The notes beneath the pieces were generated by a model. That model was given only the letters and a program-made list of their open reading frames with translations. It made no database searches and was not told the DNA's origin. A program made the translations under genes and the position numbers. This document shows, piece after piece, positions 16,618-24,079 of a stretch of 46,759 bases of DNA (positions are counted from its first letter, which is position 1; every line of letters begins with the position of its first letter). Origin of the DNA: a virus (lineage: Duplodnaviria; Caudoviricetes); the IMG/VR virus record IMGVR_UViG_3300016667_000311, positions 1 to 46,759 of that record. The stretch is one strand, 5' to 3'.

Positions 16618-16815
16618 ATGGCTAAACACAAATACATCAAACCCTCTGCTATCAAAGCACTGGTCAAAGCACAAAGCGGCAAGAGGGTCTCCTCCAGTTT
16701 CCTGCTAGTGCTCGACGCCTACGTCGAAAAGAAAGTCATTCTGGCATCGCAGTTGCACAACGGCGGAGCCAAGACTGTCGGAGTAGACTCCGCTGGATAC
16801 TCGGGCATCAGATAA
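16618..16815 (+). CDS. Putative bacterial-type histone-fold protein
   Basis: 65 aa, basic. Helix 1 KPSAIKALVK, loop GKRVS, long helix SSFLLVLDAYVEKKVILASQLH, loop GAKTV..D. This parallels the RVS...RKTV...D pattern of HMf/Bd0055-like histones. Confidence 0.65.
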   Translation: MAKHKYIKPSAIKALVKAQSGKRVSSSFLLVLDAYVEKKVILASQLHNGGAKTVGVDSAGYSGIR

Positions 16816-16836
16816 TCTCACCAACCAAACACACAC

Positions 16837-17322
16837 ATGAAATACCAAATAGACATCAACAACATCAAGGTCACCAACGCTATCGCTAGCGTCATCAATG
16901 GTGCCTTCGAGACGGGCATCAACCCTGCGTGGTTCGAAGTCAAGTCGCTCTCCAAGGGCGGCTTCCTCGACGCCGCCTTCTCTGGGCCCAGCCTCGACGC
17001 CACCGCCAGCGGCAAGCCAGCCATTAAGGACTGGGTCGTCGAAGGCAGACTGAACTGCGAAGGCTACAAGTCCAAGTGGACCAAGGTCACGCCTCAGTTG
17101 GCCGTCGATGAGTGGACCAAGTACGTCGAGACTACCAAGGACAAGTTCCTGCCTACCAAGGTGGAAGCCTACCTCAAGTATCTGGACTACATGTCCAAGC
17201 CCGACCATGACGAAGACAGGCTCGACGACATCCTGATGAGGGAATACGAACCTGATGGCGTACATGACGATGCCATGGCTCAAATCGTCTTCAGCAACGG
17301 GGAGGGCGTCGTCTTCGGATGA
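16837..17322 (+). CDS. Hypothetical early protein
   Basis: 161 aa, cacacacATG leader, phage-like codon usage. Confidence 0.8.
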   Translation: MKYQIDINNIKVTNAIASVINGAFETGINPAWFEVKSLSKGGFLDAAFSGPSLDATASGKPAIKDWVVEGRLNCEGYKSKWTKVTPQLAVDEWTKYVETTKDKFLPTKVEAYLKYLDYMSKPDHDEDRLDDILMREYEPDGVHDDAMAQIVFSNGEGVVFG

Positions 17323-17417
17323 AGGTCCTCTCCATCAAGGGCTGGCTGGGCGGCAACATCTGCGACTACTGCGGTGCCATCTGCCCATACGGCATCTGCC
17401 ACATCTGCAACAAATGA
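17319..17417 (+). CDS. 32-aa Cys-rich zinc-ribbon peptide (not in ORF track)
   Basis: MKVLSIKGWLGGNICDYCGAICPYGICHICNK*, with ATGA overlaps to both neighbours. Confidence 0.7.
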   Translation: MKVLSIKGWLGGNICDYCGAICPYGICHICNK

Positions 17418-17890
17418 ATAAGGAAGCAATCAAGCAGAGGAAACTGCTCGTCCAGAAACTCAAAGAAAGGGGCGTGTCCGTCACCAACCCCCTCTTTGAG
17501 CATGGCGTGAAGGTTGAAAGGATTTCCTCAAACCTAAGCAGGGTGCCTCGTAACAAACTGAGGGGCAGGTCATGCAACTCTAGGGCGGCGTATGGTGCCC
17601 ATAGCAAAGGACGTCATGGTCACATGGCATCCACTTCTCAGGCCAAGGTCATCATCAAGCATCTGCCTGTGACCCTGAGCATAGCGGAACTGTCGAAAGC
17701 GACTGGCATGTTCAAGGGCACTGGAGGAACCCCAAGGGGTACCCAGAAGAACGTAGTGGCAGATGAGTTCGAAAAGGCCAACCCAGATGAGTCTAGAAAG
17801 ACCCAGAACAAGATGCAGTATTACTACGTCAAGTTTGGTAAAGGCTGGAAGAAAAATACCAATAAGCCTGTTGACTCTCCTGAGTCCTGA
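17414..17890 (+). CDS. Hypothetical basic protein
   Basis: Start MNKEAIK at 17414 overlaps the zinc-ribbon stop (the track ORF starts at 17255). Confidence 0.65.
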   Translation: MNKEAIKQRKLLVQKLKERGVSVTNPLFEHGVKVERISSNLSRVPRNKLRGRSCNSRAAYGAHSKGRHGHMASTSQAKVIIKHLPVTLSIAELSKATGMFKGTGGTPRGTQKNVVADEFEKANPDESRKTQNKMQYYYVKFGKGWKKNTNKPVDSPES

Positions 17891-17913
17891 TGGACACTCG
17901 CAACCGAACCAAC

Positions 17914-18084
17914 ATGAAATCCGCTAAGCATCACAAACTTGAGCATGCACTCGCATTGAGCGAGGACAAGGCTCGTAGAATCGCATGGAAGGCCTACAGG
18001 CTCCTGTGCTATCACCAGCCCAATGGCATGGACGACGTCAAGGCGTTGCTCCTTAAGTCCATCGAACTTCAAACCCAGAAATAA
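17914..18084 (+). CDS. Hypothetical protein
   Basis: MKSAKHHKL... after an A/C-rich leader; possible promoter TTGACT-16-GACACT at 17871-17898. Confidence 0.6.
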   Translation: MKSAKHHKLEHALALSEDKARRIAWKAYRLLCYHQPNGMDDVKALLLKSIELQTQK

Positions 18085-18087
18085 CAC

Positions 18088-18978
18088 ATGATTAACTATC
18101 AAGACATCCTGAACGCCAGCGACCCCAAGGTCATCTTCCTCAAGTGCGAAAGGCACGTCATCGAGGACGCCGACTACAGGGCCATGGACGGCCTGAACCA
18201 GTCCTACCTCAAGAAGGTGTACACGCATGGCGTGCCCCACGCTGAGAACCAGAGACTCAACCCGATGGAGAAGACTCCAGCCCTAGTCATGGGCAGTCTG
18301 TTCCACACGCTCGTCCTTGAAGAGGACCAATTCTCTTCCAGATACGCCGTGCTCCCTGACATCGACAGACGTACCAAGGAGGGCAAACTGCTGTATGCCG
18401 AATTCGAGGCGGCGGCTGGTGGCAAGGACCTCATCAAGGAGGCCGACCTCAATACCGCAATGCGTATGCGTGACAGTGCCGTGCCTCTCATGTACGAGGG
18501 CATCAGGCCCGACAAGACCAATGCCATGAACGAGATTTCGTATTCGGGCATCCTTGAAATCGAATACAAATGGGAGGGTGAAGACGAGCGTCTGGAACTG
18601 CCGTTCAAGATTAGGTGCGACATGGTCGCTCTTGTGGACGAGGGTAACGGCAAGGTCATCGAAATCCGTGACATAAAATCGCTGGCTTCCCTGTCCGATA
18701 GCGACGTCATAGGCTCGGCCAAGTCCCATCTCTGGTCCATGCAGTGTGCGTTCTACAGGGACGTGGTGTTCGCCCACGAACCCAAGCCCAGCAAGTTCGT
18801 TTATGTGGCCACCGAGAAGGAGGCTCCTAACATGAGCCGTAGGTATGTGTGCTCCGAAGAGATGTACCAGCGTGGCAGGGCCCAGTACAAGCATGCCCTC
18901 GTCAAGTACGCCCAGTGGCTAAAGGCTGGCAAGCCCAGCACCGCAGACTATGTCGGAGAGTCCATCCTCAACGCCTAA
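18088..18978 (+). CDS. RecE/exonuclease VIII-like PD-(D/E)xK exonuclease (DUF3799-like)
   Basis: YRAMDGLNQSYLK, TPALVMGSLFHTLVLE, DRRTKEGK, KIRCD, DIKS, QCAFY, FVYVATEKEAP. Confidence 0.88.
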   Translation: MINYQDILNASDPKVIFLKCERHVIEDADYRAMDGLNQSYLKKVYTHGVPHAENQRLNPMEKTPALVMGSLFHTLVLEEDQFSSRYAVLPDIDRRTKEGKLLYAEFEAAAGGKDLIKEADLNTAMRMRDSAVPLMYEGIRPDKTNAMNEISYSGILEIEYKWEGEDERLELPFKIRCDMVALVDEGNGKVIEIRDIKSLASLSDSDVIGSAKSHLWSMQCAFYRDVVFAHEPKPSKFVYVATEKEAPNMSRRYVCSEEMYQRGRAQYKHALVKYAQWLKAGKPSTADYVGESILNA

Positions 18979-19615
18979 CTTCCCCTTCAAGGGGGTATGG
19001 ATACCAGCCAAGGTCTTCACCGACCAGAGGCTTACCCACTCGGACAAGTTCCTGTGGTCCATCGTGCACATTCTCTCGAACGAGAAGGGTTGCTACGCCA
19101 CCAAGGAGACGCTTGCGACCTACATGGGCTCGTCCGTACGCAACATCCAGTACTCCCTGTCTAGGCTGGCCGAGGCTGGCTTGGTTATCAGGGCTGGAGG
19201 CAACGTCTGGGACGTGGTCACCAAGGCTCTGGAGGGTGAAGCCGTTTGCACCCCAGACGTGAAGAATTCTTCACCCCAAGTAGGAAAGGAATTTCACCCA
19301 AATAGAAACAAGGAGATAGAAACTAAGAAAGTAAAGGAGGCTACGCCTCCGACTGAAGACTTCATCAGGTCTGATGCTGAACTTTCTAGGGTATGGGACG
19401 AGTATCTGGCTTGGCGTAGAGCCGCCAAGAAGTCCGTGAACTCCCTGTACATCACCCGTTGGAACGCCGAGTTCAAGAACTGGGGGGTGTTCGACGCCAC
19501 TAGGGCTGTCGAGTCCAGCCTCAGGAACGGCTACCAAGGCATCTTTAGGCCTCAGGCAGGGATGAAGCCTCGTCCCCAAGCAAAGGGCCCCAACGACCAC
19601 GCCAATGGCTTCTGA
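18950..19615 (+). CDS. Replication initiator protein (N-terminal winged HTH)
   Basis: FKGVWIPAKVFTDQRLT...CYATKETLATYMG...LSRLAEAGLV, and C-terminal WDEYLAWR...NGYQGIF. Directly upstream of a DnaC-like ATPase. Confidence 0.8.
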   Translation: MSESPSSTPNFPFKGVWIPAKVFTDQRLTHSDKFLWSIVHILSNEKGCYATKETLATYMGSSVRNIQYSLSRLAEAGLVIRAGGNVWDVVTKALEGEAVCTPDVKNSSPQVGKEFHPNRNKEIETKKVKEATPPTEDFIRSDAELSRVWDEYLAWRRAAKKSVNSLYITRWNAEFKNWGVFDATRAVESSLRNGYQGIFRPQAGMKPRPQAKGPNDHANGF

Positions 19616-20282
19616 AGCACCGCTCTGTCGCAACTTCAACTGCAACAACCCCGCACACATTCGGGAGTACGCAGAGAACATTCCCGTCTACGAGACCCTC
19701 TGCAAGCCTTGCATGGTCGCTTGGGATAAGATGGTGCTGTCCGCTGGCATGCCCAAGAAGCCAAAGCCCGAGACTCCCATGCCTGAGTTGTTTGCCGACA
19801 CCGACCCTAAGAGGCTTGGTGAACTGGGCATGGTGGCCACGAACTACCTGCCCAACGGCAAAGGCCTGTTGATTCACGGCTCGACCCGCAAGGGCAAGAC
19901 CCGCACCGCATGGTACATAGCCAACAGGCTTTGGAACGAGGACAACTACAAGTACAAGTACCTGTTCCTGACCATGTTTGAACTGGAGGCCCGTATCGCC
20001 GCATCATGGGGTAACAGCACGTGGGACAAGACCATGCTCCACATGACCAACGTCCCGCTCCTGTTCCTCGACGACATGGGCAAGGAGAAGATGACTGACC
20101 GCATGGCATCGTGCCTGTTCGCACTCATCGACCAGCGTACCATGCACAAGCGTCCGACTATCATCACCACCAATCTGACTGGCGAGACCCTGCTGGAGCG
20201 TTTCCACGACAAGGAGACTGGTGCGGCGTTCGTCGCTCGCCTTAAGGACAATGACCTGTTTGAAAGGGTGGCCGCAAAATGA
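19605..20282 (+). CDS. DnaC/IstB-like AAA+ helicase loader
   Basis: GLLIHGSTRKGKT (Walker A), LLFLDDMGKE (Walker B), PTIITTN; N-terminal Cys cluster. Confidence 0.9.
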   Translation: MASEAPLCRNFNCNNPAHIREYAENIPVYETLCKPCMVAWDKMVLSAGMPKKPKPETPMPELFADTDPKRLGELGMVATNYLPNGKGLLIHGSTRKGKTRTAWYIANRLWNEDNYKYKYLFLTMFELEARIAASWGNSTWDKTMLHMTNVPLLFLDDMGKEKMTDRMASCLFALIDQRTMHKRPTIITTNLTGETLLERFHDKETGAAFVARLKDNDLFERVAAK

Positions 20283-20452
20283 GCGACATAATCAAACTGC
20301 TGGCCGATAACGCCAGCCTCAAGGCCGAGGTCGAGCGTCTGAAGCAACAAGTGCAATACTGGAAAGTCGAGGCAGAGTGTGACCATGGACGTTGGTTGCG
20401 TTGCCTAGAGGACCTTGAGAAACTTCGTAAGGAAAGCATACCTAAACAATGA
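20279..20452 (+). CDS. Small coiled-coil protein, 57 aa (not in ORF track)
   Basis: MSDIIKLLADNASLKAEVERLKQQVQYW..., with ATGA overlaps at both ends. Confidence 0.7.
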   Translation: MSDIIKLLADNASLKAEVERLKQQVQYWKVEAECDHGRWLRCLEDLEKLRKESIPKQ

Positions 20453-20694
20453 ACGAAGCAATCAACAGGCTCGGCTTCGACGCATGGGCCGACAACAAGA
20501 TGATGAACGCCATCGAGGACCACGTGTATCAGGGAGTTGGATACGTTCAGCGTGAAGCCGACGATTACAACCTGCACATCAAGTGGGACGACAAGCACAT
20601 CACCTGCGTAATCCGTGCCCACACCGACGCTGGCTGGAAGACCTACGAGAAGCAGATTAAGAGATGCCACAGAAGCGTAGACCAGAACGCCTGA
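20449..20694 (+). CDS. Hypothetical protein
   Basis: 81-aa coupled ORF. Confidence 0.7.
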   Translation: MNEAINRLGFDAWADNKMMNAIEDHVYQGVGYVQREADDYNLHIKWDDKHITCVIRAHTDAGWKTYEKQIKRCHRSVDQNA

Positions 20695-20822
20695 AGCCCA
20701 GCCTCAAACTGCTGACGCCACACGAACAAAAAATCGTCGTCTTGCACGGCCACAAGGTCCAAGAAATGTGGAAGTGGTTGTTCTCCAAGAACAAGTGGAA
20801 GCCTCAGGAACCTAAAAAATAA
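20664..20822 (+). CDS. Small basic protein, 52 aa (not in ORF track)
   Basis: MPQKRRPERLKPSLKLLTPHEQKIV...WKPQEPKK*; fills the gap before the next putative promoter. Confidence 0.55.
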   Translation: MPQKRRPERLKPSLKLLTPHEQKIVVLHGHKVQEMWKWLFSKNKWKPQEPKK

Positions 20823-20834
20823 TCATTTATCTTG

Positions 20835-20890
20835 TTGCAGGACGCCTATCAGGGTGTTCTACTTCACCTACGACTCAGTTAAACCTGAGT
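20835..20890 (+). promoter_or_regulatory. Putative promoter with a 5' hairpin
   Basis: TTGCAG-17 nt-TCTACT with TG at the extended -10 position, then the hairpin ACTCAG/CTGAGT and an A/C-rich leader. Confidence 0.4.
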
Positions 20891-20917
20891 AGAACCAACC
20901 AACCAACAACCAACACC

Positions 20918-21157
20918 ATGAGCGAAATCAACATCAACGCCGTCAATGCTCGTCTCGACGACCTCCAGAAGGAAATCGACGTCATCAAGGCCGAGAAGGC
21001 GAACCTCGAAAACCCGACCATCAAAGGTCTGGGAATCAAGTTCTCCGAACTCGACCTGAGCAAGGCCTCTGCTGTCATTCACCTTCACAACGCTGTCCTA
21101 GAGCGTCTCGAAGAACTGACTGCCAAGGTCGCCGCCCTCGAACAGAAGGCTAAGTAA
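20918..21157 (+). CDS. Coiled-coil hypothetical protein
   Basis: 79 aa with a heptad pattern and a strong A/C leader. Confidence 0.75.
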   Translation: MSEININAVNARLDDLQKEIDVIKAEKANLENPTIKGLGIKFSELDLSKASAVIHLHNAVLERLEELTAKVAALEQKAK

Positions 21158-21197
21158 TCCATCGGGGGAGAAAGGCCCCCACCAATTTTTCACACAC

Positions 21198-21506
21198 ATG
21201 AAATCACCGACTAACATCACCAAGCCCAAGTCTATCGACGAGCCGTACCACGGCTGGGCTAACTACGATACCTACTGGACCGCCCACGTCATCGCCAACG
21301 ACGAGAACCTGTACAACCTGTGCAAGGAACTCTGGACCGACGGCTACAAGTCTTGGGGCTCCCTCTCCAACAAGATGAGGGAATACGGCTCCAAATGGCA
21401 GTCCAACTACACTGGCCTCAACTACGTCTGCTGGAAGAACCCCAAGGTAAGGGGTGCCGAAGTGACGAAGCATCTGGCTGAACTTTTCACCACCACCACG
21501 AAATGA
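21198..21506 (+). CDS. Conserved phage hypothetical protein (YxGWxNYxT type)
   Basis: YHGWANYDTYWTAHVIANDENLYN resembles a widespread uncharacterised phage family. Confidence 0.75.
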   Translation: MKSPTNITKPKSIDEPYHGWANYDTYWTAHVIANDENLYNLCKELWTDGYKSWGSLSNKMREYGSKWQSNYTGLNYVCWKNPKVRGAEVTKHLAELFTTTTK

Positions 21507-21700
21507 AAGATAACAAAACCCACCGCCTCATCTGGATTAAAGTCCCGACGGCAAACGCCAAACGCTTGGACGAACTCGCCAAGAACTGGGACCTGACCAG
21601 AGCCTCGCTCTGCCGTCTCGTCGTCACCCAGTTCCTCAACGACAAGAATCCGACCATCAACATCAACTCCACCAACACCACCAATGACCAGTCCAACTAA
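21503..21700 (+). CDS. Ribbon-helix-helix (CopG-like) regulator
   Basis: LIWIKVP-ANAKRLDELAK-LTRASLCRLVV gives a beta-alpha-alpha pattern. Confidence 0.7.
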   Translation: MKDNKTHRLIWIKVPTANAKRLDELAKNWDLTRASLCRLVVTQFLNDKNPTININSTNTTNDQSN

Positions 21701-22427
21701 TCCCACCTACGTGTACGACATCAGGCCCGAACTCGCCGCCGCTTTGGTGGCCGCAGTCAGCGAAACGAGGGACGTGGCTCCCGATGCGGAGAACCCGTTC
21801 CACCACTCGTCCTATGCGACCCTGAGTGCCCACATTCAGGCCACCAAGGAAATCTTCGCCAAGCATGGTCTGGCCATCATCCAGTTCCCCATCGGTTCGG
21901 CTGAGTCCGTAGGTATCCGTACCTGCATCGTCCACAAGAGCGGCGGTCAGATTGGCTACACCTGCGAACTGCCCGTCGATAAGGAGAAGTTCAAAGGTCA
22001 GGATGCTGGCTCCCTGTTCTCGTATTTGAGACGTTACGCCATCGCCTCCGTGGCAAATCTTGCTACGGCTGATGACGACGCAGAAGCCGACAGGGCTTCC
22101 AAGGCTCCTGCCGCCAAGTACATTCCCAACCCGTCCGTCGCCGCTCCCAAGGCCGCTCCTTCTCCTGCTCCCAAGGCCGTAGCCAAGGACCCTGAGACTG
22201 TCGGAGACGCCATGAGGACTGTCCTGCACTTCGGCAAGAACAAGGGCAAGGCCCTCTTCGAACTGCCCAGCAACTCGCTGGAGTGGTACATCAAGGAGTT
22301 CCAGCCCAAGGGCTATAAGGACAACCCTCCCAGCCCTCAGGACATCGCCCTTCGTGCCGCTCTGGACGCCATCCAGAACGCCAAGGGAAAGGCCTCTGAG
22401 CCCACCAGCGACGACGTCCCGTTCTAA
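21684..22427 (+). CDS. erf: ERF-family ssDNA annealing protein with extra C-terminal domain and SSB-like tail
   Basis: NPFHHSSYATL, KHGLAIIQ, HKSG, QDAGSLFSYLRRYAI and DDDAE are ERF motifs. They are followed by a PA-rich linker, an FGKNKGK..LP..LEW domain and a DDVPF end. Confidence 0.9.
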   Translation: MTSPTNPTYVYDIRPELAAALVAAVSETRDVAPDAENPFHHSSYATLSAHIQATKEIFAKHGLAIIQFPIGSAESVGIRTCIVHKSGGQIGYTCELPVDKEKFKGQDAGSLFSYLRRYAIASVANLATADDDAEADRASKAPAAKYIPNPSVAAPKAAPSPAPKAVAKDPETVGDAMRTVLHFGKNKGKALFELPSNSLEWYIKEFQPKGYKDNPPSPQDIALRAALDAIQNAKGKASEPTSDDVPF

Positions 22428-22433
22428 TCCTCT

Positions 22434-22505
22434 GCTCCCTTAGTTCAACGGATAGAACAACCGCCTTCTAAGCGGTGAATCTAGGTTCGATTCCTAGAGG
22501 GAGCA
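22434..22505 (+). tRNA. tRNA-Arg (anticodon TCT), CCA not encoded
   Basis: Acceptor GCTCCCT/AGGGAGC, D arm GTTC/GAAC, anticodon arm ACCGC-CTTCTAA-GCGGT, T arm CTAGG-TTCGATT-CCTAG. Confidence 0.95.
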
Positions 22506-22544
22506 ACTTTAGCCCGTCAGGGCATAACCAAAAAAACACAACAC

Positions 22545-22865
22545 ATGAAGAAGAAAACCCGCAACATCAAGCACGGGGCCGTCAAGTCGGTCATCGGCGA
22601 AGGCATCGTCTGCACCAACGTCTCGAAGGACTTGGTCAAGGACATCGACGCCCTCGCTGAAATCGAAGGCGTGAGCCGTTCTGATTTCATCCGTGTCGCC
22701 ATCATCCGTGAAGTGGCGTTCCGTTCCTACATCAGGGAACGTGACATCGCTTCTGCCGAAATCGGCGGTGGCTTCGAATACGGAACCAGAGCGAAGGACA
22801 AGCAGTACGCCGAGCAGATTGCCGTAGCGTACAAAGCGTTCAACGCCGCCCTAGCCCTGAAGTAA
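22545..22865 (+). CDS. Ribbon-helix-helix regulator
   Basis: VCTNVSKDLVKDIDALAEIEGVSRSDFIRVAI, a CopG/NikR-like RHH pattern. Confidence 0.8.
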   Translation: MKKKTRNIKHGAVKSVIGEGIVCTNVSKDLVKDIDALAEIEGVSRSDFIRVAIIREVAFRSYIRERDIASAEIGGGFEYGTRAKDKQYAEQIAVAYKAFNAALALK

Positions 22866-22885
22866 TCCTCAGGTCAGGCGATAAC

Positions 22886-22914
22886 AGGAGCATCCAATCG
22901 GGTGCTCCTTTTTT
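22886..22914 (+). terminator. Intrinsic terminator ending the early operon
   Basis: AGGAGCATCC-AATC-GGGTGCTCCT followed by a T run, at the convergence with the virion/lysis operon. Confidence 0.85.
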
Positions 22915-22999
22915 GTGTCTGTGGGCCGTAGGGACAGAACCAACTGTGACCCCCGTTTAACCTCTCGGCACCCTCACAACACATGATTACTAGCAGGAC

Positions 23000-23755
23000 T
23001 CAGGTTGCTGTCTTGTCCTGAGAGGTCAAGCGGACCTTGACGTGCCTATGATGACCATAAGCCTCCCAAGCGAACGCAATAGCACTCAACACAACGACAA
23101 CCCCGACTCCAATTTTGAACCACAAGGCATTGACCACGTCCTGTATCACGAAGGGGGAGGCGAAGCACAGGACGGCAATCAACAGCATGATGGCTCCGCC
23201 CTTCTTGGGCAGACCTAGGACGCTGGCACCGACAAGCAATAGCCCTCCTCCTATGGTGAACCATGAGCCGAGTGTGAAGCACTTGGCCCTGAGTTCGGCG
23301 AACGCCTGTTCCTTGCGGATGGCCTCGTTCTCGTCCCTGAGGGACTGGTTCTCGATGTCCTTGATGTCGATGAGTTCCAGCAGGGCCGACGTCTCAGCAT
23401 CCACCTTGCCAGCCTTGTCCTCGGCCTTCTTCAGTTCCTTGGCGTCGCCTAGCGTAGCCTTGAAGGCATCCACCTGCTTCTGGCTGGGTGGTTTGATGCC
23501 ATCCAGCCTGACGATGGTAAGGTCAACCAACTTGGAGTGAGGCGGGGTCACGCCGTCCTTCGCAACCTTGAGGGCGGCGGAGGCTTCCGAGGCTTCGTGC
23601 TCGATGCGGGTGATGTACTTGTCCTTCTCTGGGTTATCCACGACCTTGACCACAGGTGGCAAAGGCTCGCAGGTGCAACCAATCAGAACAAGACAGACAA
23701 AGCCAGCCCAACAACGAGACCAATGGTGAACCAGCGGATTGTTGGGTTTGCCCAT
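23000..23755 (-). CDS. Membrane lipoprotein, spanin-like
   Basis: N-terminal lipobox LIGC, central coiled coil, about three C-terminal hydrophobic segments; directly after the holin. Confidence 0.55.
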   Translation of the reverse strand: MGKPNNPLVHHWSRCWAGFVCLVLIGCTCEPLPPVVKVVDNPEKDKYITRIEHEASEASAALKVAKDGVTPPHSKLVDLTIVRLDGIKPPSQKQVDAFKATLGDAKELKKAEDKAGKVDAETSALLELIDIKDIENQSLRDENEAIRKEQAFAELRAKCFTLGSWFTIGGGLLLVGASVLGLPKKGGAIMLLIAVLCFASPFVIQDVVNALWFKIGVGVVVVLSAIAFAWEAYGHHRHVKVRLTSQDKTAT

Positions 23756-23761
23756 AGGTAG

Positions 23762-24079
23762 TTAGCGATTTCTTTGATTTTTTCCATTACTGTTGATGAT
23801 TCCGATGATGAGGGAGATTAGTTCAGGGGTGGCAGAGCCGCAGGACGAATAGATGATGGCTTCGTAGATTGGCTCCACGTGACCATGCACTGCGAAGTAG
23901 CACAGGACGCCGACGATTCCTCCTGCTATGATACGCCTTACCCATAGCCACCAAGGAACATCCTCCCTCGTTAGAAGCAACCTGCAAAGTGCACCAGCGG
24001 AGCCAAGCATGGCCACAATCCAGCCGCCCTTCTTGAGGTCTTCGGCTGTCTGTAGGAGTCCGTTATCTGGAGGATTCAT
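23762..24079 (-). CDS. Holin (LydA-like)
   Basis: About 105 aa from MNPPDNG with 2-3 TM segments and a basic C-terminus. The start overlaps the giant gene's 3' end. Confidence 0.7.
   Translation of the reverse strand: MNPPDNGLLQTAEDLKKGGWIVAMLGSAGALCRLLLTREDVPWWLWVRRIIAGGIVGVLCYFAVHGHVEPIYEAIIYSSCGSATPELISLIIGIINSNGKNQRNR

Noticed and set aside
22972-23021. A/C-rich leader plus a 12-aa mini-ORF (MITSRTQVAVLS) antisense to the end of the spanin-like gene
   Set aside because: It lies downstream of a strong terminator with no visible promoter, so expression is unsupported.
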